Notes under the pieces: model-generated
The model's database searches: none
What the model was told of the DNA's origin: nothing
What the model saw: the letters and a program-made list of their open reading frames with translations, nothing else
Shown: one piece after another, positions 7,890-18,571 of the stretch
Layout: the number at the start of each line of letters is the position of its first letter
Position numbering within the stretch: position 1 is the stretch's first letter
Translations under genes and position numbers: made by a program
Virus record (IMG/VR): IMGVR_UViG_3300021197_001472
Location: 1-57,858 of that record
Strand: one strand, 5' to 3'
Source: a virus
Taxonomy: Duplodnaviria > Caudoviricetes
DNA length: 57,858 nt

Positions 7890-9812
7890 ATGGTAGAGCT
7901 TACATCCCCCACTGCTTCAGCGCACATTCCAGACGACGGTATCATCGTTGATCTGTCTATGTATGCGAACAAGCTTATGCAGAACGAAGACATCTCGATG
8001 GATCTAACAGACGATCAGAACAATCGTCTCGTCGAGTACATTCGCGAAATAGAGCGCATGTCCTACTCCCGTATCTCCCGAAGATACGACCATTGGAAAC
8101 TAGCTGACCGTGCCCACGACGTTTATGTCCCTGCCGACGCTACTCGTTTCCGCGAGAAAGCAGTCATCGCTGACACCCGTGCCATAGCAGACACAGTCCT
8201 AACCTACTTGATGGCCGCACTAGGCGGTCGTAACCCAATGTTCCAACTCGAAGGTCTCAATCGTAAATCCCGTAAAGCCGCCGCTATTCTAGAACAGGTA
8301 CTCCATCAGCAAATGCGTAGAACCGCTGGCGAGGCACGACTATCCCAACATCTCCTTGACTGCATCCGTTATGGATTCGCACCCACCAAAGTAACATGGG
8401 ATGCCAAAACCAATTCTAACCAGATAGCAAACTTCGACCCACGTCGCGTCTTTCCCGACCCTCGCGTCCAGTGGGGAGATTGGGAAAACATGCAGTACTG
8501 TGTCTTCACAAGCACAGGCTCCTACGACGCCCTCGTCCAAACTGGCCTTTACCCTAAGCTAAAGTCCGACAAAAAATACCGCTACAAAATGACGTCCGAT
8601 CAACAGGCATGGGAAGCGCACAGGTGGCATCAAGAAGAAGGTCGCGGCCTGTCTATAGACCCGCTCCAACCCAACGAAAGATCAACTGGCCGTTCCAACT
8701 CTAGCTTCTTCTCCCTAGGAAACAGCCGCATAATCGACGAGGCATGGATCAAACTGGCGGGATACCAAGTTAATCTGCCAAACGTAGACTCAATCTGGAT
8801 GCTCGTCACAATAATCGACGAGAGCTTGGTCATACGCTGTCATCTCAACCCATATGGCCGACAGTTCCCCGTTGTTATTGGCGGTTTATTCCACGATAGC
8901 CACAAGACATACGCTCAATCACTGTATGATCTACTTCTACCCCTACATGACATAGCAACATGGCTCCTACGTTCCCGCATCGACAACGTACAGGCCGCAA
9001 TGAACAATCTCATCTTCGTTGACCCCACGAAAGTAGCCGTGAGCGACCTCATCGACCGCAATCCATGGGGCATAGTAAGGTCAATGCCTGGACAAAATCC
9101 AGGTGATGGAGTTTTCATTGCGAATGTTCCCGATATAACGCGAGGACATTGGCAAGACATAGGCGCGTTGTCTGAAATGAAACAACGCCTTTCAGCCGCG
9201 TCAGACGCGCAACAGGGAATGCCAAGCCAAGGCTCTGATAGGACGACCGCCTATGAAGTACAAAGATTAACCCAACTAGGATCACAACGCCTTGGCGTTT
9301 TATCCCGCATAATATCTGCCACATCCATCCGACCACTCGTGCGAATGTCCGTTGAAAACATCCAAGACAGTCTCGCATACAATGGCTCCATCCGAATGAG
9401 CGCAGATAACGCCAGCGAAACCCTAGCCCCCATGATCGAGGAAGGTTACCTAGACTACGACGCGGAAGCCCTACAAGGAGACATCGAGTATCTCGTCGTA
9501 GATGGCACCCTCCCGATCGAACCCAGCCGCTCCCCACAATCATGGCTGAACGCAGTCCAAATAGCATCCCAAGCTGGGCTTGGTATGGAACTCGACCTCA
9601 AGTCCATGACACTAGAAGCTGTTCGCTCGATGGGTATATCCGACATAGACAGGTTCCGAATCCCACCCGAACAACTACAGCGTGATGGCCCCTCTCCATC
9701 TCAGCAAATGGAACTCATGGAAAAAGCGAGAGGTGCGTCTGTCCAGCCCCAAGAACAGATCGACCGCGAACTTGAAAAGGGAAACATCATACCCATGCGA
9801 GGACAGCAATGA
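7890..9812 (+). CDS. Portal protein
   Basis: 640 aa directly after TerL; RTTAYEV motif typical of podoviral portals. Confidence 0.85.
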   Translation: MVELTSPTASAHIPDDGIIVDLSMYANKLMQNEDISMDLTDDQNNRLVEYIREIERMSYSRISRRYDHWKLADRAHDVYVPADATRFREKAVIADTRAIADTVLTYLMAALGGRNPMFQLEGLNRKSRKAAAILEQVLHQQMRRTAGEARLSQHLLDCIRYGFAPTKVTWDAKTNSNQIANFDPRRVFPDPRVQWGDWENMQYCVFTSTGSYDALVQTGLYPKLKSDKKYRYKMTSDQQAWEAHRWHQEEGRGLSIDPLQPNERSTGRSNSSFFSLGNSRIIDEAWIKLAGYQVNLPNVDSIWMLVTIIDESLVIRCHLNPYGRQFPVVIGGLFHDSHKTYAQSLYDLLLPLHDIATWLLRSRIDNVQAAMNNLIFVDPTKVAVSDLIDRNPWGIVRSMPGQNPGDGVFIANVPDITRGHWQDIGALSEMKQRLSAASDAQQGMPSQGSDRTTAYEVQRLTQLGSQRLGVLSRIISATSIRPLVRMSVENIQDSLAYNGSIRMSADNASETLAPMIEEGYLDYDAEALQGDIEYLVVDGTLPIEPSRSPQSWLNAVQIASQAGLGMELDLKSMTLEAVRSMGISDIDRFRIPPEQLQRDGPSPSQQMELMEKARGASVQPQEQIDRELEKGNIIPMRGQQ

Positions 9813-10087
9813 GCAAAAAAGTCGAAGAGGCATTAGCCTCATCAATTCCCCCGAAGGTCAGGGAATACATTAAGTCAATCATCGACCCTGCTCTCAAAGA
9901 AATGGATACCCGCATACGACAGCAAGCGGAGTACATGAAAGAGACACGAAGGATAATGCAGGGGGAAGCGTCCAGTTCCAAAGCACGAATAACCAACATG
10001 GAACGTATGCTTGACCTTCAGCCAAAATCCAGAGCGATGATGCAACAGCTTATCGCACATTTTAATGAGGACGACACTAACAGCTAA
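9809..10087 (+). CDS. Hypothetical coiled-coil protein
   Basis: Coupled to portal (GAGGA RBS, ATGA overlap). Confidence 0.65.
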   Translation: MSKKVEEALASSIPPKVREYIKSIIDPALKEMDTRIRQQAEYMKETRRIMQGEASSSKARITNMERMLDLQPKSRAMMQQLIAHFNEDDTNS

Positions 10088-10104
10088 AGCGGATACCAAA
10101 ACGT

Positions 10105-11604
10105 ATGGCAATTACGCGACCCACTGGCGATCAATTACGATTCAACTCTTCGGTAAACGGGGAGATAATTCTTGACGCCTATCTAGAATCCGCAGAGATG
10201 GGTGGCCGTACGCTTGGCGACCTCATGGCAGACATCTTTGATAGCTCTGGCGAGTACCGCTCAGACCTATTTCAATTCCGAGAAGACCCCTCAAATGTAG
10301 GCCATTTTCAAGTTCGTGTGGGGAGCTTCACAGATCCAAACGCTGGCTGGGTAACAATAACATTCACGAACTTTGCTTCCTATGTAGCAGACGCCCTTTC
10401 CTACAAGAACGATGCAGAGACTGCCAAGACCGCCGCCGAAACAGCGGCTAATGCCGTAGCCCCTATAACTTCTGCACTACCAGCCATCAACACCAACGCA
10501 ACAAATATAAACGACATCAACACAGTCGCTTCCCAAGCTTCGGGCACCATAAGCATTGTACCCACAGTTGCTTCCAGTAATTTTGTTATAGACGGTACAG
10601 CCAACAAAGCCCTCACAATGAAGAGAGGCTACATATATTCGTTCGACGTTTCGGACTCTAGCCATACAGGTCAAATACTGGCCTTCTCTTCCACAACAGA
10701 TGGAACCCACACAGGCGGGGGCACAGAGTTCACAGGAAACGTCACTCGAACGGGAACTCCTGGTCAGACAAATGCCAAGGTTGAAATCTTAATCAACGAC
10801 AGCAACCCAACTGCATTTTTCTACTACAATCAAACAGCATCAGGATACGGCGGGAACATCACCGTCAAAGACCACAACCTAGAGACACTCGCTAATATCT
10901 CTGGCAAGATCACAACCACTGCCGATACGGTTGCCCCCTCAATCGATGACATTGTTGCCGTCGCAAATGCCCTGTCAACAATAGCCAATGTAGCCGCTCA
11001 ACTAACCCCTATAGGAAATGTAAACACAAGCCTCACAGATGTAACTAATGTAGCAAATGCAATTCCAAACATCACTACACTGGCTCAGTCCTCAAACATT
11101 ACAGCCGTAAACAATGTCAGTGGTGCGCTAACTCAAATTGGAAACGTCAATACAAATCTTGCCGCAATCAACAATGTATCTTCCAATACCGGAGACATAA
11201 CCACACTAGCAAACGGAACAAATCTCGCTTCAATCGGAACCGTGGCTTCCGGCATCGCAAGCGTTAATTCCGTAGCTGGCAATCTCACCGCAGTGATTAA
11301 TGCCGCCGCAGACGCAATCCTGTATGCAGTCAATCCGCAAAACCAACAATTCACAGACAGCGCGGGAACAACAGCATTCTCAGCACTCCACTACGCAAAC
11401 ATGGCCGCTGGTGCTGGCCAAGCATTCACATCAATGGTCGGAGATGAAAGAACCACCGGAGACGTTACCGACATCGTGGCAGATGCTGGAACCGACACAC
11501 TCACATTCAGAGGGCTTGGTGGAGCCAAGATCCGAACAGACGCAACCAACGATGACATTTACATCGACAGCCGTGCGGTCGCTATGGCCGTAGCATTGGG
11601 GTAA
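10105..11604 (+). CDS. Tail fibre/structural protein
   Basis: T/N/A/V-rich repeats (NINTVA, ITAVNNV) typical of marine phage fibres; C-terminal AVAMAVALG. Confidence 0.7.
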   Translation: MAITRPTGDQLRFNSSVNGEIILDAYLESAEMGGRTLGDLMADIFDSSGEYRSDLFQFREDPSNVGHFQVRVGSFTDPNAGWVTITFTNFASYVADALSYKNDAETAKTAAETAANAVAPITSALPAINTNATNINDINTVASQASGTISIVPTVASSNFVIDGTANKALTMKRGYIYSFDVSDSSHTGQILAFSSTTDGTHTGGGTEFTGNVTRTGTPGQTNAKVEILINDSNPTAFFYYNQTASGYGGNITVKDHNLETLANISGKITTTADTVAPSIDDIVAVANALSTIANVAAQLTPIGNVNTSLTDVTNVANAIPNITTLAQSSNITAVNNVSGALTQIGNVNTNLAAINNVSSNTGDITTLANGTNLASIGTVASGIASVNSVAGNLTAVINAAADAILYAVNPQNQQFTDSAGTTAFSALHYANMAAGAGQAFTSMVGDERTTGDVTDIVADAGTDTLTFRGLGGAKIRTDATNDDIYIDSRAVAMAVALG

Positions 11605-11607
11605 ACC

Positions 11608-11940
11608 ATGCCAGCATATGAGTTTAAGAACCAGACATCTAACGCCATAGGCACTACAGCCGTGGACGTTTACACCGTACCCTCAGCCAAGAAATCCATT
11701 CTGATCGGCTGCTCTGTGACAAACACAACTGGGGCATCTCTCCCCATTGAAGTGAAGCTGATCAAAGCTGACAATACAGAGATACATCTATCTGTTTCTG
11801 AACAAGTGAAAGGCGGGACGACGCGAGATTTCTTGAGTGGTAAAAAGTTGGTTATGACTGCTGGAGAAAAAATAAACGTAAAGAGCAAAGTCGCGTCATC
11901 ACTCGACGCGGTCATCTCTATTCTGGAGGACGTTGATTAA
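11608..11940 (+). CDS. Small fibre-associated structural protein
   Basis: 110-aa beta-rich ORF following the fibre gene. Confidence 0.65.
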   Translation: MPAYEFKNQTSNAIGTTAVDVYTVPSAKKSILIGCSVTNTTGASLPIEVKLIKADNTEIHLSVSEQVKGGTTRDFLSGKKLVMTAGEKINVKSKVASSLDAVISILEDVD

Positions 11941-12182
11941 TGTCTACCATAACCATGAATGCTCTACCGCCAAACAACGACTACCAAGGTCTTACCTTTT
12001 ATGGATTCAAACTAGGTACGAATGGAAATCTTGACGTTGAACTAATCAATGACGGAAGCCTGATTAAAATTCCTGATCCCGACAATCAGTCTTCCGCTGA
12101 TTACAAGCATTACATGTGGACTGAAGATACGCTGACCTTTTCGTGGGGAACCAACGGACATCTGAAAATGGAGATACTATGA
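11940..12182 (+). CDS. Hypothetical tail-associated protein
   Basis: 80 aa, coupled at both ends. Confidence 0.6.
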   Translation: MSTITMNALPPNNDYQGLTFYGFKLGTNGNLDVELINDGSLIKIPDPDNQSSADYKHYMWTEDTLTFSWGTNGHLKMEIL

Positions 12183-13489
12183 GTACGATAATGGACTTAG
12201 GGAAGCTACGCTTCTACTGGGCTGGCGATTATAACGCCGCTACAGAATACGAATCAAATGACATCGTACGATATGGTGGTAACGTCTTCGTATACATCTA
12301 TGGATTAAAGACCGCTGGTAACCCTCCCACTGACACAACCTATTGGGCCAAGATGGTTGAAGGCATGAGCTTCGATGGCGTCTGGGCATCTGGCACAACA
12401 TATCAAGCTGGAGACAGTGTCACCCACGGTGGTGTTGTCTACATAGCAAGTCAAACCACAACCGGAAACACGCCGCCAAATGCAACGTACTGGTCAGTAT
12501 TTGCAGACGGCATACAATGGGAAGACGCTTACAACAACGCGACGGGATACCAGAAGAACGACGTAGTTTCTTACGGCCCATCAATATACATTGCAAAACA
12601 AAACACAACTGGCAACCTGCCAACGGACACAACATACTGGGATAAATTCGTAGAAGGCATCAGCGCATCAGCCGTCTACAACGCGGCAACGGCTTACGTT
12701 CCAAATGACCTCGTTGCTTACGGGGGTAACATCTACCAAGCCATTGCAAACACAACTGGCAACTTACCCACCGATACATCCAAATGGTCGATCTTCGTGG
12801 CAAGCATTAATCCACGAGGAAATTGGGCAACCTCGACCGCCTACAATGTCAACGACCTCGTACAATACGGAGGTAACACCTATCGCGTTCTCATATCACA
12901 CTCATCTGGAACTTTCGCAACCGACTTAGCCGCCTCGAAGTGGCAGAAATTCACGGGAGGGATCGAATGGAAGGGCACATGGGCTACGTCAACTGCGTAC
13001 AAAGTAGGCGATATTTTTCTATACGACGTAAGTTCGTACATTGTCATTGCGGATCACACATCCGCGACATTCGCTGGGGATTCAGCAAATTACGAGCAAC
13101 TAGCAGTTGGTGCAAACATAGCCAATGTGGTGGGGCAAAGTGGTAAATTCCTTACAACCAACGGAACGATCACACAGTGGGCCGAAATCCCACCAGCAAC
13201 CGAACAGACGTGGCTAATCAAAACAGCGAACTACACTGCCGCTGTCTACGACAGAATTTTCGCCAACACGTCTGGCGGTGTATGGACACTCACACTCCCT
13301 GCATCTCCGACAATTGGACAGTGGGTGCAAGTCAACGATGTATCAGGCTCATGGGCAACAAACAATCTGACGATTGCGCGGAACAGTACCAACATGATGG
13401 GCGGGACAACCAATCTGGTGGGTAACGTCGCAAACTCGTCTTTTTACCTCGTGTTTTCGGACGCGACAAATGGCTGGAGAATAGTGTAA
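12179..13489 (+). CDS. Tail fibre protein with CBM5/12-like repeats
   Basis: About 6 repeats of (W/Y)xxxTxYxxnDxVxYGG...PT.TTYW; start ATG 12179 after GGAG. Confidence 0.8.
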   Translation: MSTIMDLGKLRFYWAGDYNAATEYESNDIVRYGGNVFVYIYGLKTAGNPPTDTTYWAKMVEGMSFDGVWASGTTYQAGDSVTHGGVVYIASQTTTGNTPPNATYWSVFADGIQWEDAYNNATGYQKNDVVSYGPSIYIAKQNTTGNLPTDTTYWDKFVEGISASAVYNAATAYVPNDLVAYGGNIYQAIANTTGNLPTDTSKWSIFVASINPRGNWATSTAYNVNDLVQYGGNTYRVLISHSSGTFATDLAASKWQKFTGGIEWKGTWATSTAYKVGDIFLYDVSSYIVIADHTSATFAGDSANYEQLAVGANIANVVGQSGKFLTTNGTITQWAEIPPATEQTWLIKTANYTAAVYDRIFANTSGGVWTLTLPASPTIGQWVQVNDVSGSWATNNLTIARNSTNMMGGTTNLVGNVANSSFYLVFSDATNGWRIV

Positions 13490-14911
13490 ATGGTTAATCT
13501 TTCAGACTTATCAACCGCTGGGGGGTCTTCTGACTCCTCGTCTTCGGGAACGACCAAAGTACAACTAGGTTACGGGGGAGCGGGTACTCCCGCTCACTAT
13601 GTACTGCAAACCCGCAACACATCTTCGGCGGGTTACGGGTTCACGTTTTACGACCAAGACTTTGGCTCTGTCGCTTGGGGCGGCACTGCATATTCCACGA
13701 CAGAGTATCAAACGGTGTCGCACTGGCAAAATTTTCAAAGCGGTACATTCACAAACGAAAGTAATTTATGGCCTTCTTACAGCGGCTCTCAAAGCCAAGT
13801 TTCCTCAAGCAGTGGAAGATTTTTGAATAGCTTACAGCATAGCCAATGGGGTGGCTCAGCTAATGTTCGTTTATATTCAAATGGCAGTGTTGGCACACGC
13901 ATAAGTAATAACCCCGACCACGTTATGCAAGAGATGAAGGCTGTTTTTAACTCCGATCACTCAAACCGTAGTATCGCGTACCAAATCAGTAACGCCAAAA
14001 TAAAGGCGGTTTCAAACGAGGGCTTTGCGTCAAACAATAACTCAGTTCACTTCCCCAACACAAAGGAGTGGTCAGTTCCTGGGATGACCACCACATTGAG
14101 GGGAACAGCTTCATATAACAAATCCCTTAAAAAACTTTTTGTTATCCGAAGCTGGTCAAGCACTAACGCAACGTACAACTGTTACAGCAATGTAGACTTT
14201 GACAAGTACCCAAGTCCATACGACGCAATGGAAGACTCAAGCGTAACCGTCGTTACTGGTCTGATGCAAGTTCCTAACATGGGAACCTCTTATTCCGAAA
14301 GCACTTACAGCTTTGTCCCTGTGTTATGCGACGATGGCACCCTGTGGGGGGCCACTATGAATCCACACAGTGGCCTACAACTCTGGGGCCGCACCTCTGT
14401 TCCAACGGCAGACGGAAATTTTTCACCAGCCTATGTAGGGCAATTGAACATAACAACTTCATACGGAGCGGAGCAAGGTTATCAATACGGGCGAACAATG
14501 ATGGAAACCCGTGACCGAACAGGTGTCTTGGTGGCATGTCCCTACTACTACTACGGCTCTGGGTGTATGGCTTTTTGTTTACCTAGGAGCGGCTCATCAA
14601 CAAACCACGCATATTCTCAGGTGTCTGAAGCTAACTCTAGTAGTGGCTGGCAACCCATGCCTTGGCGCGATTCTGGGTTCTGTTTTTACTCCGCGGGGAA
14701 TGGGTACTCGAACAACTACAACGGGTCATATGTGTCTTACTTCATGTCACAGTCAGCAAACACCACCGCTGGAGGGTTCAATACGACTGGCAACAATTCC
14801 GCAAAGCGCATCTACCTACCCTACTGGGGTTTGCCAAACACGACAAACTACCCTGGCCTAACCAAGGTCACTGATTACGATATGCTTTCCTATAACCACG
14901 GAGCGCGATAA
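13490..14911 (+). CDS. Putative receptor-binding/tail tip protein A
   Basis: S/Y/G/N-rich 473 aa; paralogue of the next gene. Confidence 0.6.
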   Translation: MVNLSDLSTAGGSSDSSSSGTTKVQLGYGGAGTPAHYVLQTRNTSSAGYGFTFYDQDFGSVAWGGTAYSTTEYQTVSHWQNFQSGTFTNESNLWPSYSGSQSQVSSSSGRFLNSLQHSQWGGSANVRLYSNGSVGTRISNNPDHVMQEMKAVFNSDHSNRSIAYQISNAKIKAVSNEGFASNNNSVHFPNTKEWSVPGMTTTLRGTASYNKSLKKLFVIRSWSSTNATYNCYSNVDFDKYPSPYDAMEDSSVTVVTGLMQVPNMGTSYSESTYSFVPVLCDDGTLWGATMNPHSGLQLWGRTSVPTADGNFSPAYVGQLNITTSYGAEQGYQYGRTMMETRDRTGVLVACPYYYYGSGCMAFCLPRSGSSTNHAYSQVSEANSSSGWQPMPWRDSGFCFYSAGNGYSNNYNGSYVSYFMSQSANTTAGGFNTTGNNSAKRIYLPYWGLPNTTNYPGLTKVTDYDMLSYNHGAR

Positions 14912-14912
14912 C

Positions 14913-16376
14913 ATGGCGTTTATTCCAAGTCCAGCTAGTACAGGCGGCGGCGGCGGCCTCATAAAAACGGGATATGGTGGATTGGGTTCACCAGCTAAAT
15001 ATGTGTGGCTAAGTACCTATGGGAACCAAATGCATGCTTGGTATCTTGACCAAGATTTCAACAGCATGGCCCCCCGATATAATCAGTTCAATCAAAATTC
15101 TACGCCATCCTCGTATATAAACCCTCATGGCGGGTATGTTTATTTACCACAAAGCAACCAAAACTACGCCAATGCTGGGGCAACGGGTTACGGACAGCAC
15201 TCCAACCAAAACAGTACCAACCAAATTGGCAGTAGCAATGCTTTCCCCCCGATGTCAGCGTCAATGATGAGCAACAAAGGGAACCCCTTTGTCGGTCACT
15301 ACGCTAGTGGCTCATGGTGCGACATGATAGAACATGGAAATGGTTATGGTATTACCTATAGCCGACACTACTTCAATAGCGACCACCCCGACAAAAGAAT
15401 TAACTATGCTATGTTTGGAGCCACAATTCGGGCAAAAGACCTCGGCTTATCATCCCAAACGAACCACGACACAGAAGCTCACGACGCAGATGGAACTGTT
15501 CGCCAGCGTCTAGACCTGTTAACTGGTTCTCTTGCACCGACATTTACGTTCCATAATAATCAAAACCACAATGCATCGTACAATCATAAATTAAAAAAAC
15601 TTCTTGTTTTCTCAAATAACGGGAATAACGCATTCAATTGCGTTATTTACACAGGCATCGACTTCGAAGCTAACCCCAGCCCGAAAGCCGCGTTTGCCGC
15701 CGCTGGGGTAGGACGAGAAACTCCTTTTTCAATAAGCTTACCAAGCTGGGGATTAACGAATAACGAAACACGGTATAACCTTCATATGATCCTATGTAAT
15801 AACGGCGGCATACGAGTGGCCTCATGGCAACAAGCAAATGGATTAAGGGCGTGGAAATTTGATCCCCCCTCTGATGGATCGGCTGTATCCCCAACATATT
15901 TGGGGGGAACGACTGGAACAACGTCGTATGGCGCGGATCAAGGCACAGAATACGGAGCGTCGATGATCACAAGCACAGATGGCAAGACAGTCTGCATAAT
16001 GGCCCCATACTATTATTATCATGCGGGGTGCATGGCTCACTTCCTCGACAAAGTAAATTCAAATTCAACTATCTCCGTAATACAAGACACGCAATCTGGC
16101 GACGTAAGATATGCGGTTCCTTACCGAGATGATGGCTTCGCTTTTTTCCAAGGCGGGAACATCTACGCAAACAGTTCTGGCGGTGGGTACATATCCCAGT
16201 GGGTTACGAGAACAAGTTCCAACGAAACTGCTACAAGTGGAATTAACAATCTCAAACACACCACAAACCCAAGTCAAATGTTCCACAAATTCCATGTGGA
16301 AAATACAACAACTTATCCAACACTGTTTCAATGCACGGACTACCACGCTCATCCATACAACTACAGCGCACGATAG
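14913..16376 (+). CDS. Putative receptor-binding/tail tip protein B
   Basis: 487 aa; shares collinear motifs with the previous gene. Confidence 0.6.
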   Translation: MAFIPSPASTGGGGGLIKTGYGGLGSPAKYVWLSTYGNQMHAWYLDQDFNSMAPRYNQFNQNSTPSSYINPHGGYVYLPQSNQNYANAGATGYGQHSNQNSTNQIGSSNAFPPMSASMMSNKGNPFVGHYASGSWCDMIEHGNGYGITYSRHYFNSDHPDKRINYAMFGATIRAKDLGLSSQTNHDTEAHDADGTVRQRLDLLTGSLAPTFTFHNNQNHNASYNHKLKKLLVFSNNGNNAFNCVIYTGIDFEANPSPKAAFAAAGVGRETPFSISLPSWGLTNNETRYNLHMILCNNGGIRVASWQQANGLRAWKFDPPSDGSAVSPTYLGGTTGTTSYGADQGTEYGASMITSTDGKTVCIMAPYYYYHAGCMAHFLDKVNSNSTISVIQDTQSGDVRYAVPYRDDGFAFFQGGNIYANSSGGGYISQWVTRTSSNETATSGINNLKHTTNPSQMFHKFHVENTTTYPTLFQCTDYHAHPYNYSAR

Positions 16377-16387
16377 GAGACATCATA

Positions 16388-16669
16388 ATGGCCTATAAAG
16401 TATATTTCATGCCCAACCCTGACGATGAGGATAACCCTATCCCGCAAGTAGCGGAATGGGCTGACGACAGCCACATCGAGTGCGTTGCCTCATTCGCTGT
16501 TCCTAAAGACGGCTCACGTCACGCTCCCCGTTACGAAATCAAGGACGGCAAGCTCAATGATAAATACGGCTCAAAATCTGATGAAGACGTATTCGCGGAA
16601 GAACAAGCGGCTGAAGCCGCTCTCGCAAAAAAGATTGAAGACGACATCAAGAAAGCGGCGGGAGAATAG
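16388..16669 (+). CDS. Hypothetical protein, possibly a fibre chaperone
   Basis: ATG 16388 after AGGAG; acidic; follows the fibre genes. Confidence 0.6.
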   Translation: MAYKVYFMPNPDDEDNPIPQVAEWADDSHIECVASFAVPKDGSRHAPRYEIKDGKLNDKYGSKSDEDVFAEEQAAEAALAKKIEDDIKKAAGE

Positions 16670-16671
16670 GC

Positions 16672-16818
16672 ATGGGAATGATGGAAGACAAAACCTACAT
16701 GGACATGTTGAAAAAATCCAACATGTCTAGGAACAAAGTCATCAAAAAAGGTTCTGAGATTGCCATGATTGGTGACGCCAAAAAGAAGAAGCCAAAGGGA
16801 AAAATTAAAACAGCGTGA
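16672..16818 (+). CDS. Small basic protein (48 aa), not in ORF track
   Basis: MGMMEDKTYMDMLKK...KKKKPKGKIKTA; GGGAG RBS; stop overlaps next GTG. Confidence 0.55.
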   Translation: MGMMEDKTYMDMLKKSNMSRNKVIKKGSEIAMIGDAKKKKPKGKIKTA

Positions 16819-17141
16819 GCATCACAAACGCCGAGAGGCAATTAAAACAGATACGCCAGCTTGCGAGGAGTCCAGGTTGGAAAGTTATCGAACAAATTAT
16901 GCGAGATGAAATCGTCACACTGGCTTTATCTACAGCCAAGAACCCGAATAAGACGCTACAGGAAGCGGCCTATTATGCTGGCTGTTTACAGGCGTCTGAA
17001 AATCTTCTCAACATTATCCCAAACCTAGAAGCAAAACTACAGGGTTCAGCCCATTTAGAATCATGGGAGAAACGGGACGACCCAAACCCAATTGATGATC
17101 CATTATCCCTGCACGAACAACTCAACCAACCGCTCCGCTAA
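16815..17141 (+). CDS. Hypothetical head-module protein
   Basis: 108 aa (SPGWKVI...) directly upstream of the scaffold. Confidence 0.65.
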   Translation: MSITNAERQLKQIRQLARSPGWKVIEQIMRDEIVTLALSTAKNPNKTLQEAAYYAGCLQASENLLNIIPNLEAKLQGSAHLESWEKRDDPNPIDDPLSLHEQLNQPLR

Positions 17142-17162
17142 GGCCGAGAAAGGAAACACCAC

Positions 17163-18191
17163 ATGTCTATGGAACAAGAAGATCCAATCGCACGTATCGC
17201 CGCTAACCAATTAGGTCAGCCACCTGCACCACCTGCTCCACCTGCACCACCACCTTCTGCCCCCGACGCAGATACAGCTATGGACAAGGCTCAAACTGAT
17301 GCGGCCCCAACAACAGCCGACGATAAAACCAACATGGAGCCTATCCAAACATTTAAGGTAATGATGGACGGTGTCGAGCAAGAACTCAGTGCCCCTCAAA
17401 TAGAAGGGACATTCGCTCGATATAGAGATCTCAACCACAAACATGCACAACGAAAAGATATGGAACCATTCGATAACATGGTTTCTAAGCTTGCAGAGTC
17501 AGGTAAGCCTCGCGCTGAGATCATAGGAAACATGTTCGAGTTAATGAAAAAGGGCATGGATAAAAATACAACAATGGGTGATGACGGCGTTCCCTCTGCA
17601 CGTCCAGCCGAAGATTCGATGCCCTCCCAAGATATTGGCTCCGAAGATCCATACGAAAGATGGACGCGAGAAAATGATCTCTCCACTATGCCACCTGGAT
17701 TCAGAGAGCAACAAGCTCAAATAGCACAGATGTCCCAACAAATGGGAGCATTACAACAAATGCTTGCACCCATTCTACAAAATGCACAAGGAACCGCACA
17801 GAAGGCTGTTCAAAGTCAAGAGAAGGCAAATCAAATGAAAGTAGATGCTGCCAAAGATCGCATAGCCGCGAACATGGATCGTTTAGCCGACTCGCTTGGC
17901 CTTACAGAAGAAGACGCACCCATGTTCAACGAATACATAAAGGAACGCGGTTTTGGCTTCCCTGATTTTGAAGATCCCAACCTTCTTAAAATGGTATTGA
18001 CCGATTATACAAATGCCAAAAACGGCCCCGAAATGGATCGTCTCCGCGCAATCAACGAGCGAAGACAAGCCTATCAAGGAACGATGGTCGCTTCCCCTGC
18101 TGATGGAGCAAGCCCTGCCCCATCTGGTGCAGATGAAATGATTAGCCGTCTTGCCGACAAGCAGTTCAACAAAAATTCTGGGATGGCATAA
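17163..18191 (+). CDS. Capsid scaffolding protein
   Basis: Acidic Pro-rich N-terminus, FKVMMDGVEQEL motif, coiled-coil, upstream of MCP. Confidence 0.7.
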   Translation: MSMEQEDPIARIAANQLGQPPAPPAPPAPPPSAPDADTAMDKAQTDAAPTTADDKTNMEPIQTFKVMMDGVEQELSAPQIEGTFARYRDLNHKHAQRKDMEPFDNMVSKLAESGKPRAEIIGNMFELMKKGMDKNTTMGDDGVPSARPAEDSMPSQDIGSEDPYERWTRENDLSTMPPGFREQQAQIAQMSQQMGALQQMLAPILQNAQGTAQKAVQSQEKANQMKVDAAKDRIAANMDRLADSLGLTEEDAPMFNEYIKERGFGFPDFEDPNLLKMVLTDYTNAKNGPEMDRLRAINERRQAYQGTMVASPADGASPAPSGADEMISRLADKQFNKNSGMA

Positions 18192-18341
18192 ATGGCAAAG
18201 CAAGGTCTCTACGCCAACATTCACAAGCGAAGGAAAGCGGGTAAGAAGCCACGACCCGCTGGCCATCCTGACCGCCCTTCAAATGCTGACTTTGCCCGAA
18301 GCAAAAAAACAGCAAAGCCGCGCCCAAAAAGGAGAGCCTAA
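18192..18341 (+). CDS. Small basic protein (49 aa, MAKQGLYANIHKRR...), not in ORF track
   Basis: Read by hand; abuts both neighbours; GLYANIH motif recalled from marine podophages. Confidence 0.7.
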   Translation: MAKQGLYANIHKRRKAGKKPRPAGHPDRPSNADFARSKKTAKPRPKRRA

Positions 18342-18571
18342 TGGCTACCCCTAAAGGCAAAGCGAAATGCAAAACAACATCAAAAGGTAAGAAGGTTTGC
18401 TATGGCGCGAAGGGAGCGAAGGTAGCTCCGAACACTGCCAAAGGGGATGCGTATTGTAGTAGGTCATATGCCCAGCTTAAAAAATTTAAAAAGGCGGCAA
18501 GCAACCCAAACAGCCCCCTTCGGCTTTCACGCAAGCGTTGGAAATGCTCTGGTAAACGAAGCGTAGCCTAA
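18341..18571 (+). CDS. Small basic protein
   Basis: K-rich, YCSRS...NSPLRLSRKRWKC; AGGAG RBS. Confidence 0.75.
   Translation: MATPKGKAKCKTTSKGKKVCYGAKGAKVAPNTAKGDAYCSRSYAQLKKFKKAASNPNSPLRLSRKRWKCSGKRSVA

Noticed and set aside
13490-16376. Diversity-generating retroelement or invertible tail-fibre cassette
   Set aside because: No reverse transcriptase, no near-identical TR/VR pair, no invertase; genes are co-oriented
17220-17256. CCACCTGCA-like tandem repeat
   Set aside because: Explained by the PPA repeat of the scaffold; likewise the GAGCCT repeats near 32860 encode PEPEP
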